From the IMG/VR virus record IMGVR_UViG_3300045988_102159, positions 78,631 to 142,630 of that record: 64,000 nucleotides of DNA; one strand, 5' to 3'. The position numbers and the translations under genes were made by a program. This document shows, piece by piece, positions 29,562 to 36,960 of this stretch (the first letter of the stretch is position 1; the number at the start of each line of letters is the position of its first letter). Origin of the DNA: a virus. The notes below the pieces were generated by a model. The model was not told the origin of the DNA and did not search any database. It worked only from the letters and a program-made list of their open reading frames with translations.

Positions 29562-29744
29562 ATGTATTACCTCAAGCGTGACAACACCAAAGACTTTAGC
29601 ATTGATAAATACAAATGCTACGATTCGAGCGCTCCACTTGCGGCGCATAAGGCAAGGGCACAAGAGATAGTCGAGTACGAACGCACAACGTGCGAGGTCG
29701 TAGACGATAGCGGCAACGTTGTATTTGTCGCATTAGCTCATTGA
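29562..29744 (+). CDS. hypothetical small protein
   Basis: 60 aa with GAAGGGA RBS and a terminator hairpin (GGCGCTTTATAAGCGCC followed by a T-run). Confidence 0.55.
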   Translation: MYYLKRDNTKDFSIDKYKCYDSSAPLAAHKARAQEIVEYERTTCEVVDDSGNVVFVALAH

Positions 29745-30076
29745 TTCTAAGGCGCTTTATAAGCGCCTTTTTATTTGCCGCTTTGGTTGCACCAATGCGC
29801 GTAGGCATTTTATCAAATGGCACCTTGTAGGCGATTCGGTCACAACTTGACCGAGTTGTTTTTTTTATGTATTCGCGTATTCACGCTCTCATGGTTTGAC
29901 TTTTCGCTTGACTTATGTTACACTAAAGGATTAGACCAAAAGACTTATGGAGGAATTGTGTGCGGCAAATTGATACTTGCCAAACTAGGACGCTTACCGC
30001 ATAATAATAGTTGTCCAAAGGCGAGGGCGTAAGAGTAACAGGTAGTTACACGCCCGAACGGGGACAGGAGGTTACT

Positions 30077-30313
30077 ATGTTGTATCTGGTTTCGGTTAGC
30101 GGCGTTAGCGCGGGTGAATCGCTTGACGATTACGAGAACTTTATCGTTGAAGCTGATAGCGAGAAAAAACTTGCCGCTGCTATCGTTGCTGACCGTTTGG
30201 ATGGCATGGAGTCGAAAGAACTTGACGGTTCTGTTTGGCGCGTGCGTGAGTTGGGCGAAGAGTTCGACTATAACGTTAATCTTGAGTACGTTTGCAAGGG
30301 CGAACGTCTTTAG
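30077..30313 (+). CDS. hypothetical protein, paralog A
   Basis: Reads MLYLVSVSG...FIVEADSEKKLAAAI...VWRVRELGEEF...GERL with a CAGGAGG RBS. Confidence 0.6.
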   Translation: MLYLVSVSGVSAGESLDDYENFIVEADSEKKLAAAIVADRLDGMESKELDGSVWRVRELGEEFDYNVNLEYVCKGERL

Positions 30314-30370
30314 TTTTATTTAAAAGGCGGGCGAAACAAAGCCCGCCTACTTTAAAAATTGGAGTTTATT

Positions 30371-30622
30371 ATGTTGTATTTGGTTTGCCATGATACTATT
30401 GATACCGTCAACGAATTTATTTGTGATGATAATAATTATTTTATCGTTGAAGCTGATAACGATAAAGAGCTTGCAACCGCAATTGCTAACGTTGCGATTG
30501 AGTATGATTGGTGTAGTGATGCAACAGGAATCGATACTACTTGTTGGAACGTTCGAGAGCTAGGCGATAACTTTGAGTTTCAAATTTTTTCGCCCAAGAC
30601 GTTTGACGGCAAGCGTCTTTAG
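30371..30622 (+). CDS. hypothetical protein, paralog B
   Basis: Reads MLYLVCHDT...FIVEADNDKELATAI...CWNVRELGDNF...GKRL. It is collinear with paralog A. Confidence 0.6.
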   Translation: MLYLVCHDTIDTVNEFICDDNNYFIVEADNDKELATAIANVAIEYDWCSDATGIDTTCWNVRELGDNFEFQIFSPKTFDGKRL

Positions 30623-30675
30623 TTGAAAAGGGTAGGGCGTAAGCCCTACCCACTTTTGAAAGTGGATACAGATAG

Positions 30676-30918
30676 ATGAAAAAAATTGTTGCGTGGGAAA
30701 ACGTGCAATACGTTGTTTTATTCCTTACAGTGGTTGGGCAGATTCTTATTGGCGTTAACTACTTTTTAGGCCAAGGTACGTGGTTACTTGCAAATGTTAT
30801 CACTGTTACGCGAAACGTTAAATTAGACCGTCCAAGAGCTGATAAAGTGCAAGGTTGGTTTATGTTTGCACTAACGTTTGGCCTTATTGCCGCAAACGCT
30901 TTTATTCAGTTGCACTAA
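30676..30918 (+). CDS. small membrane protein (2-3 TM)
   Basis: 80-aa hydrophobic ORF. Confidence 0.55.
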   Translation: MKKIVAWENVQYVVLFLTVVGQILIGVNYFLGQGTWLLANVITVTRNVKLDRPRADKVQGWFMFALTFGLIAANAFIQLH

Positions 30919-30986
30919 TCGCAAACATTTGATACAATAAAGGATGTGGAGCAAACGTTCCACGTCCTACTATCACAAGGGAATAA

Positions 30987-31469
30987 ATGAAAGCAATTGT
31001 ATTAGACCTTGATGGCGTGCTTGTTGATTTTTACAACGTCAACGGTTGGTTGTCTATGTTGCAAGCGGAAAACGCGGCGCCTTATTTAATCGCAAAACCG
31101 TTAGGCGATTACAAGAAACTAAACGGTTTACTTGCCGCGTTGCAAGGCTACGGTTACGCGGTCGAGGTCGTTAGTTGGTTGGCAAAGGGCGAAACGTCTA
31201 AGCAATTTGATAGCGCGGTACGTAAGAACAAACTCGCATGGTTGCGCAAATATTATCCTGCTATTAACTTGAAGAATGTTCACGTTGTCAAGCATGGTAC
31301 AAACAAATGGCGCGTATCAAACTACAAGGGCGGCATTTTGTTTGACGATGAAAGCGGCAACGTACACGCATGGCAACGTGATACGTCAAGCGGCAAGGCG
31401 GTACGTATCAAAGACGAAACTACTTTGCTAGACGCGCTAGAGTCTCTTATTATCCAAGAGCTAGAATAG
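30987..31469 (+). CDS. HAD-superfamily phosphatase / 5'(3')-nucleotidase-like
   Basis: N-terminal IVLDLDGVLVD matches HAD motif I (DxDG). 160 aa. Confidence 0.55.
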   Translation: MKAIVLDLDGVLVDFYNVNGWLSMLQAENAAPYLIAKPLGDYKKLNGLLAALQGYGYAVEVVSWLAKGETSKQFDSAVRKNKLAWLRKYYPAINLKNVHVVKHGTNKWRVSNYKGGILFDDESGNVHAWQRDTSSGKAVRIKDETTLLDALESLIIQELE

Positions 31470-31499
31470 AGTTAGGGGAGCGGCAACGCTTCCCTTTTT

Positions 31500-31513
31500 G
31501 TTTCACGTGAAAC
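31500..31513. repeat. palindrome GTTTCACGTGAAAC (copy 4)
   Basis: Perfect palindrome. Confidence 0.9.
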
Positions 31514-31526
31514 ATTAAAACCGTTA

Positions 31527-31572
31527 CGCCATAGTTGGCGGCGATTTTACCACAACACGCAACCAAAAGCAA
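31527..31572 (-). promoter_or_regulatory. weaker orphan promoter (TTGCTT-N17-TAAAAT) + hairpin CGCCAACTATGGCG
   Basis: -35 at 31567-31572, -10 at 31544-31549. Confidence 0.4.
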
Positions 31573-31787
31573 GAGAAAAATTAGAAAAAGTTTTTTATTT
31601 TCTCGCGTGCGGCACGTCATAAAAGTGCTATACTAACCTTAGTCGGGAGGACAACGGCACTTAAATAGCCCACTCATTATGACTTCGGTGTTGGCGCATT
31701 CTGCTCCGACCCCGGCGTTTGCTACGCAAACGGCGACACGTTCTCTACAGTTAGGTACCTTGAGTTAGCTATAGTTAATTTTTATAC

Positions 31788-31816
31788 TTGACAAATTATG
31801 AATTTTATGTTATGAT
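31788..31816 (+). promoter_or_regulatory. promoter TTGACA-N17-TATGAT of HNH cassette
   Basis: Read directly. Confidence 0.55.
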
Positions 31817-31837
31817 TATTGACAAAGGAGGTAAATT

Positions 31838-32344
31838 ATGGTTTTATCAAAAGAATATCCAGACAACAAAAATTACATAATTTATTCAGATGGACGTATT
31901 TATTCTAAATGTAGTAGCATTTTTCTTAAACCTAAAATAGATAAAGCAGGTTACGCAAATGTTACGTTTTGCGACAAAGGAAAAAGACGATATTTTAAAG
32001 TGCATCAATTAGTGGCAAAAATGTTTATACCAAATCCAAACAATTATGACCAAGTTAATCATTTAGACGAAAACAAATTAAATAATGACGTTTCTAACCT
32101 TGAATGGTCAACGCCTTATTTAAATTCAAATTATGGTACTAGAAATAAGCGAATTGGCATTACTCTAGCTGTTCCTATTTTAATGCTAGACAAAGAAACA
32201 AAGCAACCACTTAAACGTTTCGGTGGCATTGCAGACGCTGAAAAATGGTTAGCTAAAAAAGACGGACGCAGTAACATAATTGCTGCTCTAAAAGGTCGTA
32301 GACCTTATGCTTACGGTTTTTGTTGGAAATATGTAGAGCAATAA
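31838..32344 (+). CDS. HNH_3/NUMOD4-type homing endonuclease (free-standing, AT-rich cassette)
   Basis: Motifs YIIYSDGRIYS, VHQLVAKMF and NHLDENKLNNDVSNLEW, with an AAAGGAGG RBS. Confidence 0.75.
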   Translation: MVLSKEYPDNKNYIIYSDGRIYSKCSSIFLKPKIDKAGYANVTFCDKGKRRYFKVHQLVAKMFIPNPNNYDQVNHLDENKLNNDVSNLEWSTPYLNSNYGTRNKRIGITLAVPILMLDKETKQPLKRFGGIADAEKWLAKKDGRSNIIAALKGRRPYAYGFCWKYVEQ

Positions 32345-32348
32345 TCAG

Positions 32349-32376
32349 TTGACGCAACAACGCAAAACGCTATACT
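32349..32376 (+). promoter_or_regulatory. promoter TTGACG-N16-TATACT
   Basis: Read directly. Confidence 0.45.
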
Positions 32377-32416
32377 AGTTAGTGTAATCAGTTAAGCCTA
32401 AGCGAAAGGTTTTAAA

Positions 32417-33130
32417 ATGGCTAACTTCTGTGTTTTAGACTGTGAAACTTGTACAACTGTCAACCACAAAGACGGCAAGGCTCACCCCGAAACGTCTTTG
32501 GTGTATGACTTTGGTTACACCATCCGCGACAACGACAACAACGTTATTCGTGAGCGCTCATTTGTTGTAACGGATACGTTTTATCAAGTTGACCTAATGA
32601 AAAGCGCTTACTATGCCGACAAAATCCCGACTTATTATGAGGGTATCAAGTCGGGCGAATGGGTTGAAGCGTCTTTCAATGAGGTTTGGCGCACGTTCAA
32701 AGCTGATTGTAAAGAGTGCAACGTCAAAAGCGCGTGGGCTTACAATTGTAGGTTTGACGAAATAGCGCTAAACAATACGTTGCGCACGTATTCAAACGGT
32801 TTCGCTACATGGTTCATGCCTTTCAAGCTACGACTGAAAGACATTTGGGACTACGCAAGTAACATTACTAGTTCCAAGCGCTATTTAAAGTATTGCGTAG
32901 CAACGGGAGCCTTTACACCTAGCGGAAACCCTTCAACTAGCGCTGAAAGTGTTTACCGTTTTATCAACAATGAGCACGACTTTACAGAAGACCATACGGC
33001 ACTTTCAGACGCGCGTATTGAAGCGGCTATTTTGCTTGCGGCAAAGGCAAAGCACAAAAAGACGCGCCATAGTTCGCGTGGTCAAGGTTGGCGAGACGCA
33101 AGCACGGCATTTAAGGCGCTCGACCTTTAA
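32417..33130 (+). CDS. DEDD-family 3'-5' exonuclease (DnaQ-like)
   Basis: VLDCET matches Exo I. The distal HTALSDARIEA matches the Exo III HxAxxD motif. Confidence 0.6.
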   Translation: MANFCVLDCETCTTVNHKDGKAHPETSLVYDFGYTIRDNDNNVIRERSFVVTDTFYQVDLMKSAYYADKIPTYYEGIKSGEWVEASFNEVWRTFKADCKECNVKSAWAYNCRFDEIALNNTLRTYSNGFATWFMPFKLRLKDIWDYASNITSSKRYLKYCVATGAFTPSGNPSTSAESVYRFINNEHDFTEDHTALSDARIEAAILLAAKAKHKKTRHSSRGQGWRDASTAFKALDL

Positions 33131-33356
33131 ACGAATGGGGAGCCTAACGGCTCCCTTTTCTTTTGCCATGAGTAAAGGCGATTCTAGCGCTCTAGAGCGT
33201 GCGGCAAGCACTTTATTTAAAATAAGGACTTTGACCAAATGGCACCTTAAAACGCGTCTCATGGCTTCTATGGCGATATTTTTTTATTTAGGTACCGCAT
33301 TATCCGGCAAGAAGTTAGCTACAGTTAACACCGCTTAAATCGGCTCTCATGGCTTC

Positions 33357-33370
33357 GTTAGGTACCTAAC
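33357..33370. repeat. palindrome GTTAGGTACCTAAC (copy 1)
   Basis: Perfect 14-bp palindrome. Partial copies occur at 31751, 33288 and 34935. Confidence 0.85.
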
Positions 33371-33411
33371 TAATCAAGCAAAGTTTGCCATTGGTAACTT
33401 TGGATTTAAAA

Positions 33412-33427
33412 GTTTACCCAGGTAAAC
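33412..33427. repeat. palindrome GTTTACCCAGGTAAAC
   Basis: 7-bp arms. Same family as GTTACCCTAGGGTAAC. Confidence 0.8.
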
Positions 33428-33437
33428 TCCATCAAAA

Positions 33438-33487
33438 CGCCATTTATGGCGCAAAAAATTTTACACCCGCCACCATAGTTTTGTCAA
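33438..33487 (-). promoter_or_regulatory. orphan promoter (TTGACA-N18-TAAAAT) + hairpin CGCCATAAATGGCG-T4
   Basis: -35 at 33482-33487, -10 at 33458-33463, hairpin at 33438-33451. Confidence 0.55.
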
Positions 33488-33525
33488 GCACTTTTTTGTC
33501 TACATTTTTTCTACATATTTCCTAT

Positions 33526-33612
33526 TTGAAACGCTTCAATTATTGAAACGCTCTAAAAAGTTACCCTAGGGTAACGCTGATTGAAACGCTTCAAGTTTTA
33601 AAACGCTTTAAA
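33526..33612. promoter_or_regulatory. cluster of four TTGAAACGCTTCAA-type dyads
   Basis: Copies at 33526-33539, 33543-33554 (half site), 33581-33594 and 33597-33612 (variant TTTAAAACGCTTTAAA). Confidence 0.55.
33560..33575. repeat. palindrome GTTACCCTAGGGTAAC
   Basis: Perfect 16-bp palindrome followed by a T-run on the minus strand. Confidence 0.85.
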
Positions 33613-33654
33613 TGCACTTGTTTAAACAACCGTAGCTCCGAGGTTGGGTTCAAA

Positions 33655-33684
33655 ATTTTACACCCACCTGATTAGGTTTGTCAA
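33655..33684 (-). promoter_or_regulatory. orphan promoter TTGACA-N18-TAAAAT
   Basis: -35 at 33679-33684, -10 at 33655-33660. Confidence 0.5.
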
Positions 33685-33997
33685 CAATTTTTTTTTTGTA
33701 ATTTTTCGTTTTGACCACAAACTTTTCACAACCTGAAACTCAAATTTTTTTATGCAAGATTTGCCGCAAATGGCCTGATTCTATTCATTTTGCTTTGTCT
33801 GGCTACAGTGCCGATATTTTGAGAATCTGAAAAAACTAGGCTATTTACCTGGGGTTTCCATATTTTGAACACAATTTTTAAAATAGTTCTTGCCAAAAAG
33901 TTTATGCAAGCGTATAGTAATAGTTGTCCAAAGGGGACAGAGAAAAAAGAGCCGAACGGCGGCTCGCTCGCGTCTCGGGGACAGATTGGGGTTAGCT

Positions 33998-34426
33998 ATG
34001 GCTACCACTCGCACCAAGTTCCAGTTCACCGACTACCAGATGTTCGCGGCTCTCGTGAACGTCGCAGGCGATATCTCGCCCGAGGTCATTGCCAAGGCTT
34101 TGGGGGATAACTATGACCCCGAGAAGCACACGCCTGAGAGCCTTGCCCGCAAGGTCTCGCATAAGTTCCATGTTCTCAAGGAGAACGCGACCAAGCCCAA
34201 GGCCCCGAGCAAGACGGCACAGCTGAATAAGGCGCTTGCCGAGCAGGTTGCTGCTGAGTTCGCGGACGGTGAGCCGTTCACGCTTAATGACGTGATGGCA
34301 AAGCACCCAGCCGATATCAAGACGTTTAGCAAGGCGGGTGTTGTGGTGAACGTACTCCTTGCCGAGAAGCGTGTCCGCAAGGCGGCACCTATCAACAACA
34401 AGACCGCCTATGTTATCGTAGCGTAG
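33998..34426 (+). CDS. hypothetical protein, possible winged-helix C-terminus
   Basis: Start trimmed to MATTRTKFQF. The ORF is GC-rich. Its C-terminus resembles that of 36228..36557. Confidence 0.5.
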   Translation: MATTRTKFQFTDYQMFAALVNVAGDISPEVIAKALGDNYDPEKHTPESLARKVSHKFHVLKENATKPKAPSKTAQLNKALAEQVAAEFADGEPFTLNDVMAKHPADIKTFSKAGVVVNVLLAEKRVRKAAPINNKTAYVIVA

Positions 34427-34501
34427 CCGTCTATAGGGTGGGGGAGATAATCCCCCACCCACTACCCAAGCACCTATAAAACAGCATAAGGACGGTCACG
34501 T

Positions 34502-34768
34502 TTGGAATCCTACAGACGTAACGCGCTAATTGCAGCATTTGGCGAGCTACCCGACAAAGAGTTGCAATGCCTAGGGCGCGGGCTAGAAGCTCACCACGTA
34601 AACAGCATGGCAAGCGGAAACGTAGTTTTGCTACCTTGCGAGATTCATAAAGTGGTTCACACACTAACGCAATTGGGCGGTAACGCCTACGCGAGCGGTG
34701 AGATAGAGAACGCCGAAACGCTCACCAAATGCGCACAAATGCTATTAGCGCAATTTACAATAAAATAA
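34502..34768 (+). CDS. small HNH-motif nuclease (start uncertain)
   Basis: Reads EAHHVNSMASGNVVLLPCEIHKVVH, a ββα-Me-like HH..N..H pattern. The start is TTG. Confidence 0.4.
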   Translation: MESYRRNALIAAFGELPDKELQCLGRGLEAHHVNSMASGNVVLLPCEIHKVVHTLTQLGGNAYASGEIENAETLTKCAQMLLAQFTIK

Positions 34769-34784
34769 CACAATTAAATAAATA

Positions 34785-34814
34785 ACCCCACCGGGTAGGT
34801 GGGGTTTTCTTTTG
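34785..34814 (+). terminator. intrinsic terminator
   Basis: CCCCACC-loop-GGTGGGG followed by TTTTCTTTT. Confidence 0.7.
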
Positions 34815-34909
34815 CGTTTAATTCCTACTAAAAAGGTAGGAAAAAGATCGCCCTGCCCAGCACAAACGCGCGAAAAAGTCAAGACTTTTTGAAAAAATTC
34901 ACAGAAATT

Positions 34910-34953
34910 CCATAGTTGGGTCGATTTTACACGATTAGGTACCTTATTGTCAA
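34910..34953 (-). promoter_or_regulatory. orphan promoter (TTGACA-N18-TAAAAT) + CCAACTATGG element
   Basis: -35 at 34948-34953, -10 at 34924-34929. Confidence 0.5.
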
Positions 34954-35133
34954 GATTTTTCAAGCAAAAACACAACTTTTACACAAAAAACTGAGCGCCT
35001 GAAACGCGTTTAAACGACCTTGCGCCCGGTTCCCTTGCGTTCCTAGGCACTTTTGGCTATCGCCCGCTCTAGGGCTATCTCAGGGCCGCACACGCGAAAA
35101 AAATTAACTTCGGTACCGAGCGACCCGAGCAGG

Positions 35134-35149
35134 TGTTACCCTAGGTAAA
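35134..35149. repeat. near-palindrome GTTACCCTAGGTAAAC
   Basis: Same family as the copies at 33412 and 33560. Confidence 0.75.
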
Positions 35150-35161
35150 CTCCGAGTTATT

Positions 35162-35175
35162 GTTAGGTACCTAAC
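35162..35175. repeat. palindrome GTTAGGTACCTAAC (copy 2)
   Basis: Perfect 14-bp palindrome. Confidence 0.85.
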
Positions 35176-35215
35176 TATTATTTGTGGAGATTCCGTGTTG
35201 GTTTTGTGAAGGTAC

Positions 35216-35244
35216 TTGACAAATCAATAATTGTATAGTATAAT
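35216..35244 (+). promoter_or_regulatory. consensus promoter TTGACA-N17-TATAAT (plus strand)
   Basis: Divergent from the minus promoter at 34953. It is followed by ~480 nt with no convincing ORF. Confidence 0.6.
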
Positions 35245-35744
35245 ATAATAGAGTAATACTATACAATAATACCATATTTGGGACTGCCGCCGCCGTTGCG
35301 CCCATATGGCGAAATTGTGTAGAAATGGGGACTATATGCCAAGAGCCTATAAAATCCTAAAACGAAAGTCAATCCTAAAATTAAATAAAAAAATCCCTCC
35401 ACACCTATATAGTGAGAAGGGACAGAACTACCATATGTATATGCCAAGAGAACGTTCTAAAATGAATTTTAATCGTTTTTTGCGTACCCCTGTACGGCAT
35501 AAGAAAAATAAGTCTATTTGTCTTGATTCCTGCGGCCAGTAGAAACTCAAAACTAATCGTAAAAGACTTTAGGCTCACACAAACCAAGAGACAGAAGAAA
35601 AAGAAGCGTGCGGCACATGCCTTTTGTAAGTGAAAATTAATGCGGAAATGTGACTAATTTAGTTACATTTAAAAAGTGTTTTTTTAATATATGTTTTTAC
35701 TAAGGTATAAATTACACATTCCTGCCCAAAAATTTTGGCCGCAT

Positions 35745-36116
35745 TTACTTTGCCTTGGGCTTGCGCTTGCACACCATAGATAGCTCATACGTCTTGGAAT
35801 TGAGAATGAATCGGATTTTGCCATCATCGCCTACCTCGATGCCATGCGGCGCATCCTCCCAGTCACCGATGGTCATGGTAAGTTCTCCCAGTGCGTCCGC
35901 AATGGAATTCATAATCAATCGCTTTTCAGACATTTTCTTCTCCTTCTTGTCTGTGTCAGGTCGATAGGCTGCGTCATATTCGATTCCATTTTCAATCAAA
36001 AAAAGGTTGGCAGCGCTTGCCTTGAGTATTGCCTGCTGTCTCTTGGACTCGATATACTCATCAGGAATATCTATGGTATGCTCGTTACCCTTCATATCAT
36101 AATAGGTGTGCCGCAT
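35745..36116 (-). CDS. hypothetical protein
   Basis: 123-aa ORF with a CCAAGAGACAAAAGGAAG leader. Confidence 0.6.
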   Translation of the reverse strand: MRHTYYDMKGNEHTIDIPDEYIESKRQQAILKASAANLFLIENGIEYDAAYRPDTDKKEKKMSEKRLIMNSIADALGELTMTIGDWEDAPHGIEVGDDGKIRFILNSKTYELSMVCKRKPKAK

Positions 36117-36227
36117 ATGCTTACTTCCTTTTGTCTCTTGGAATAGGCCGGGAGTCCCGTCAAATGGACTCCACGGCCCCTCTAATAAAAAACTCTAATA
36201 AGTAGACCCTACTTATTAAATATTTCG

Positions 36228-36557
36228 CTACAGAGCCTTGTAGGTGAAGGTCTTGCTGTTCACCGCAACCTTCTCGGCACGACCGTCCTCAACGAGGAAA
36301 CGCATGTTGGCCGCAACCTTGCGGGAGCTGACATCCTCACCCATGTGCAGAGCCACAGCCTTAGAGGTCGCAGGCTCATCAAAGGACTTGAGAGCTGCGT
36401 AAATCTCGTCAAGGAAAGCCTGCTTCTCAGCGGTCTTCTCAGCGTCCTTGGCACGCTTGCGCTCAATCGCCGCCAGCTGCTTGTCGCAGAACTCTACGAC
36501 CTCTGCGTTGTCGAACATAGCGGACTTGATGGTGTTATAAATCTCAAACTGGGTCAT
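36228..36557 (-). CDS. hypothetical protein, possible winged-helix DNA binder
   Basis: 109 aa with a CCAAGAGAAAGAAG leader and the promoter at 36620-36648. Confidence 0.55.
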   Translation of the reverse strand: MTQFEIYNTIKSAMFDNAEVVEFCDKQLAAIERKRAKDAEKTAEKQAFLDEIYAALKSFDEPATSKAVALHMGEDVSSRKVAANMRFLVEDGRAEKVAVNSKTFTYKAL

Positions 36558-36619
36558 GTTAATCTTCTTTCTCTTGGAACCCGTGGGAGGTTTCTTATCC
36601 CCTCCATTTCTTTAATTAT

Positions 36620-36648
36620 ATTATACTATAAGTTTTCACTGGCCGCAA
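36620..36648 (-). promoter_or_regulatory. promoter TTGCGG-N17-TATAAT
   Basis: Read directly on the minus strand. Confidence 0.55.
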
Positions 36649-36660
36649 GAACTTTTTCAG

Positions 36661-36745
36661 AATGAATTTGGTTTTGAAAATGAAAACCGAAATGAAACTC
36701 AAAATGAAATTGAAAATGAAATTCAAAATTGAATTTCAAAACCAT
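36661..36745. repeat. phased A/T-tract repeats (AAAATGAAAYTSAAAATGAAATT), inverted relative to 27511-27637
   Basis: The reverse complement reads ATTTTGAATTTCATTTTCAATTTCATTTTGA, close to the unit at 27.5 kb. Confidence 0.7.
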
Positions 36746-36960
36746 TTTTATAAACCAATAGCGCGTTGGAATCGAAAATTAAAAGGGTTGGGCTAGATTT
36801 TTTTCTTGACATTTGTTTGCTGAACTGGTAAAATGCGCCACTTCAACAAACCACCTCATGTAATCATTTCCTACCTTATATGGGCTTTCTTCACAGCTTT
36901 TGGACTCTATTCAAGACCAATCTTTCATCATTTTTCACGCAGTGAAAAACTAGCGAAGCA

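Noticed and set aside
35306-35542. A 78-aa basic plus-strand ORF downstream of the 35216 promoter.
   Set aside because: It has no RBS at its ATG and overlaps repeated CCAAGAG leader-like motifs and hairpins. The evidence for coding is insufficient. The region is flagged as a possible ncRNA or micro-ORF region instead.
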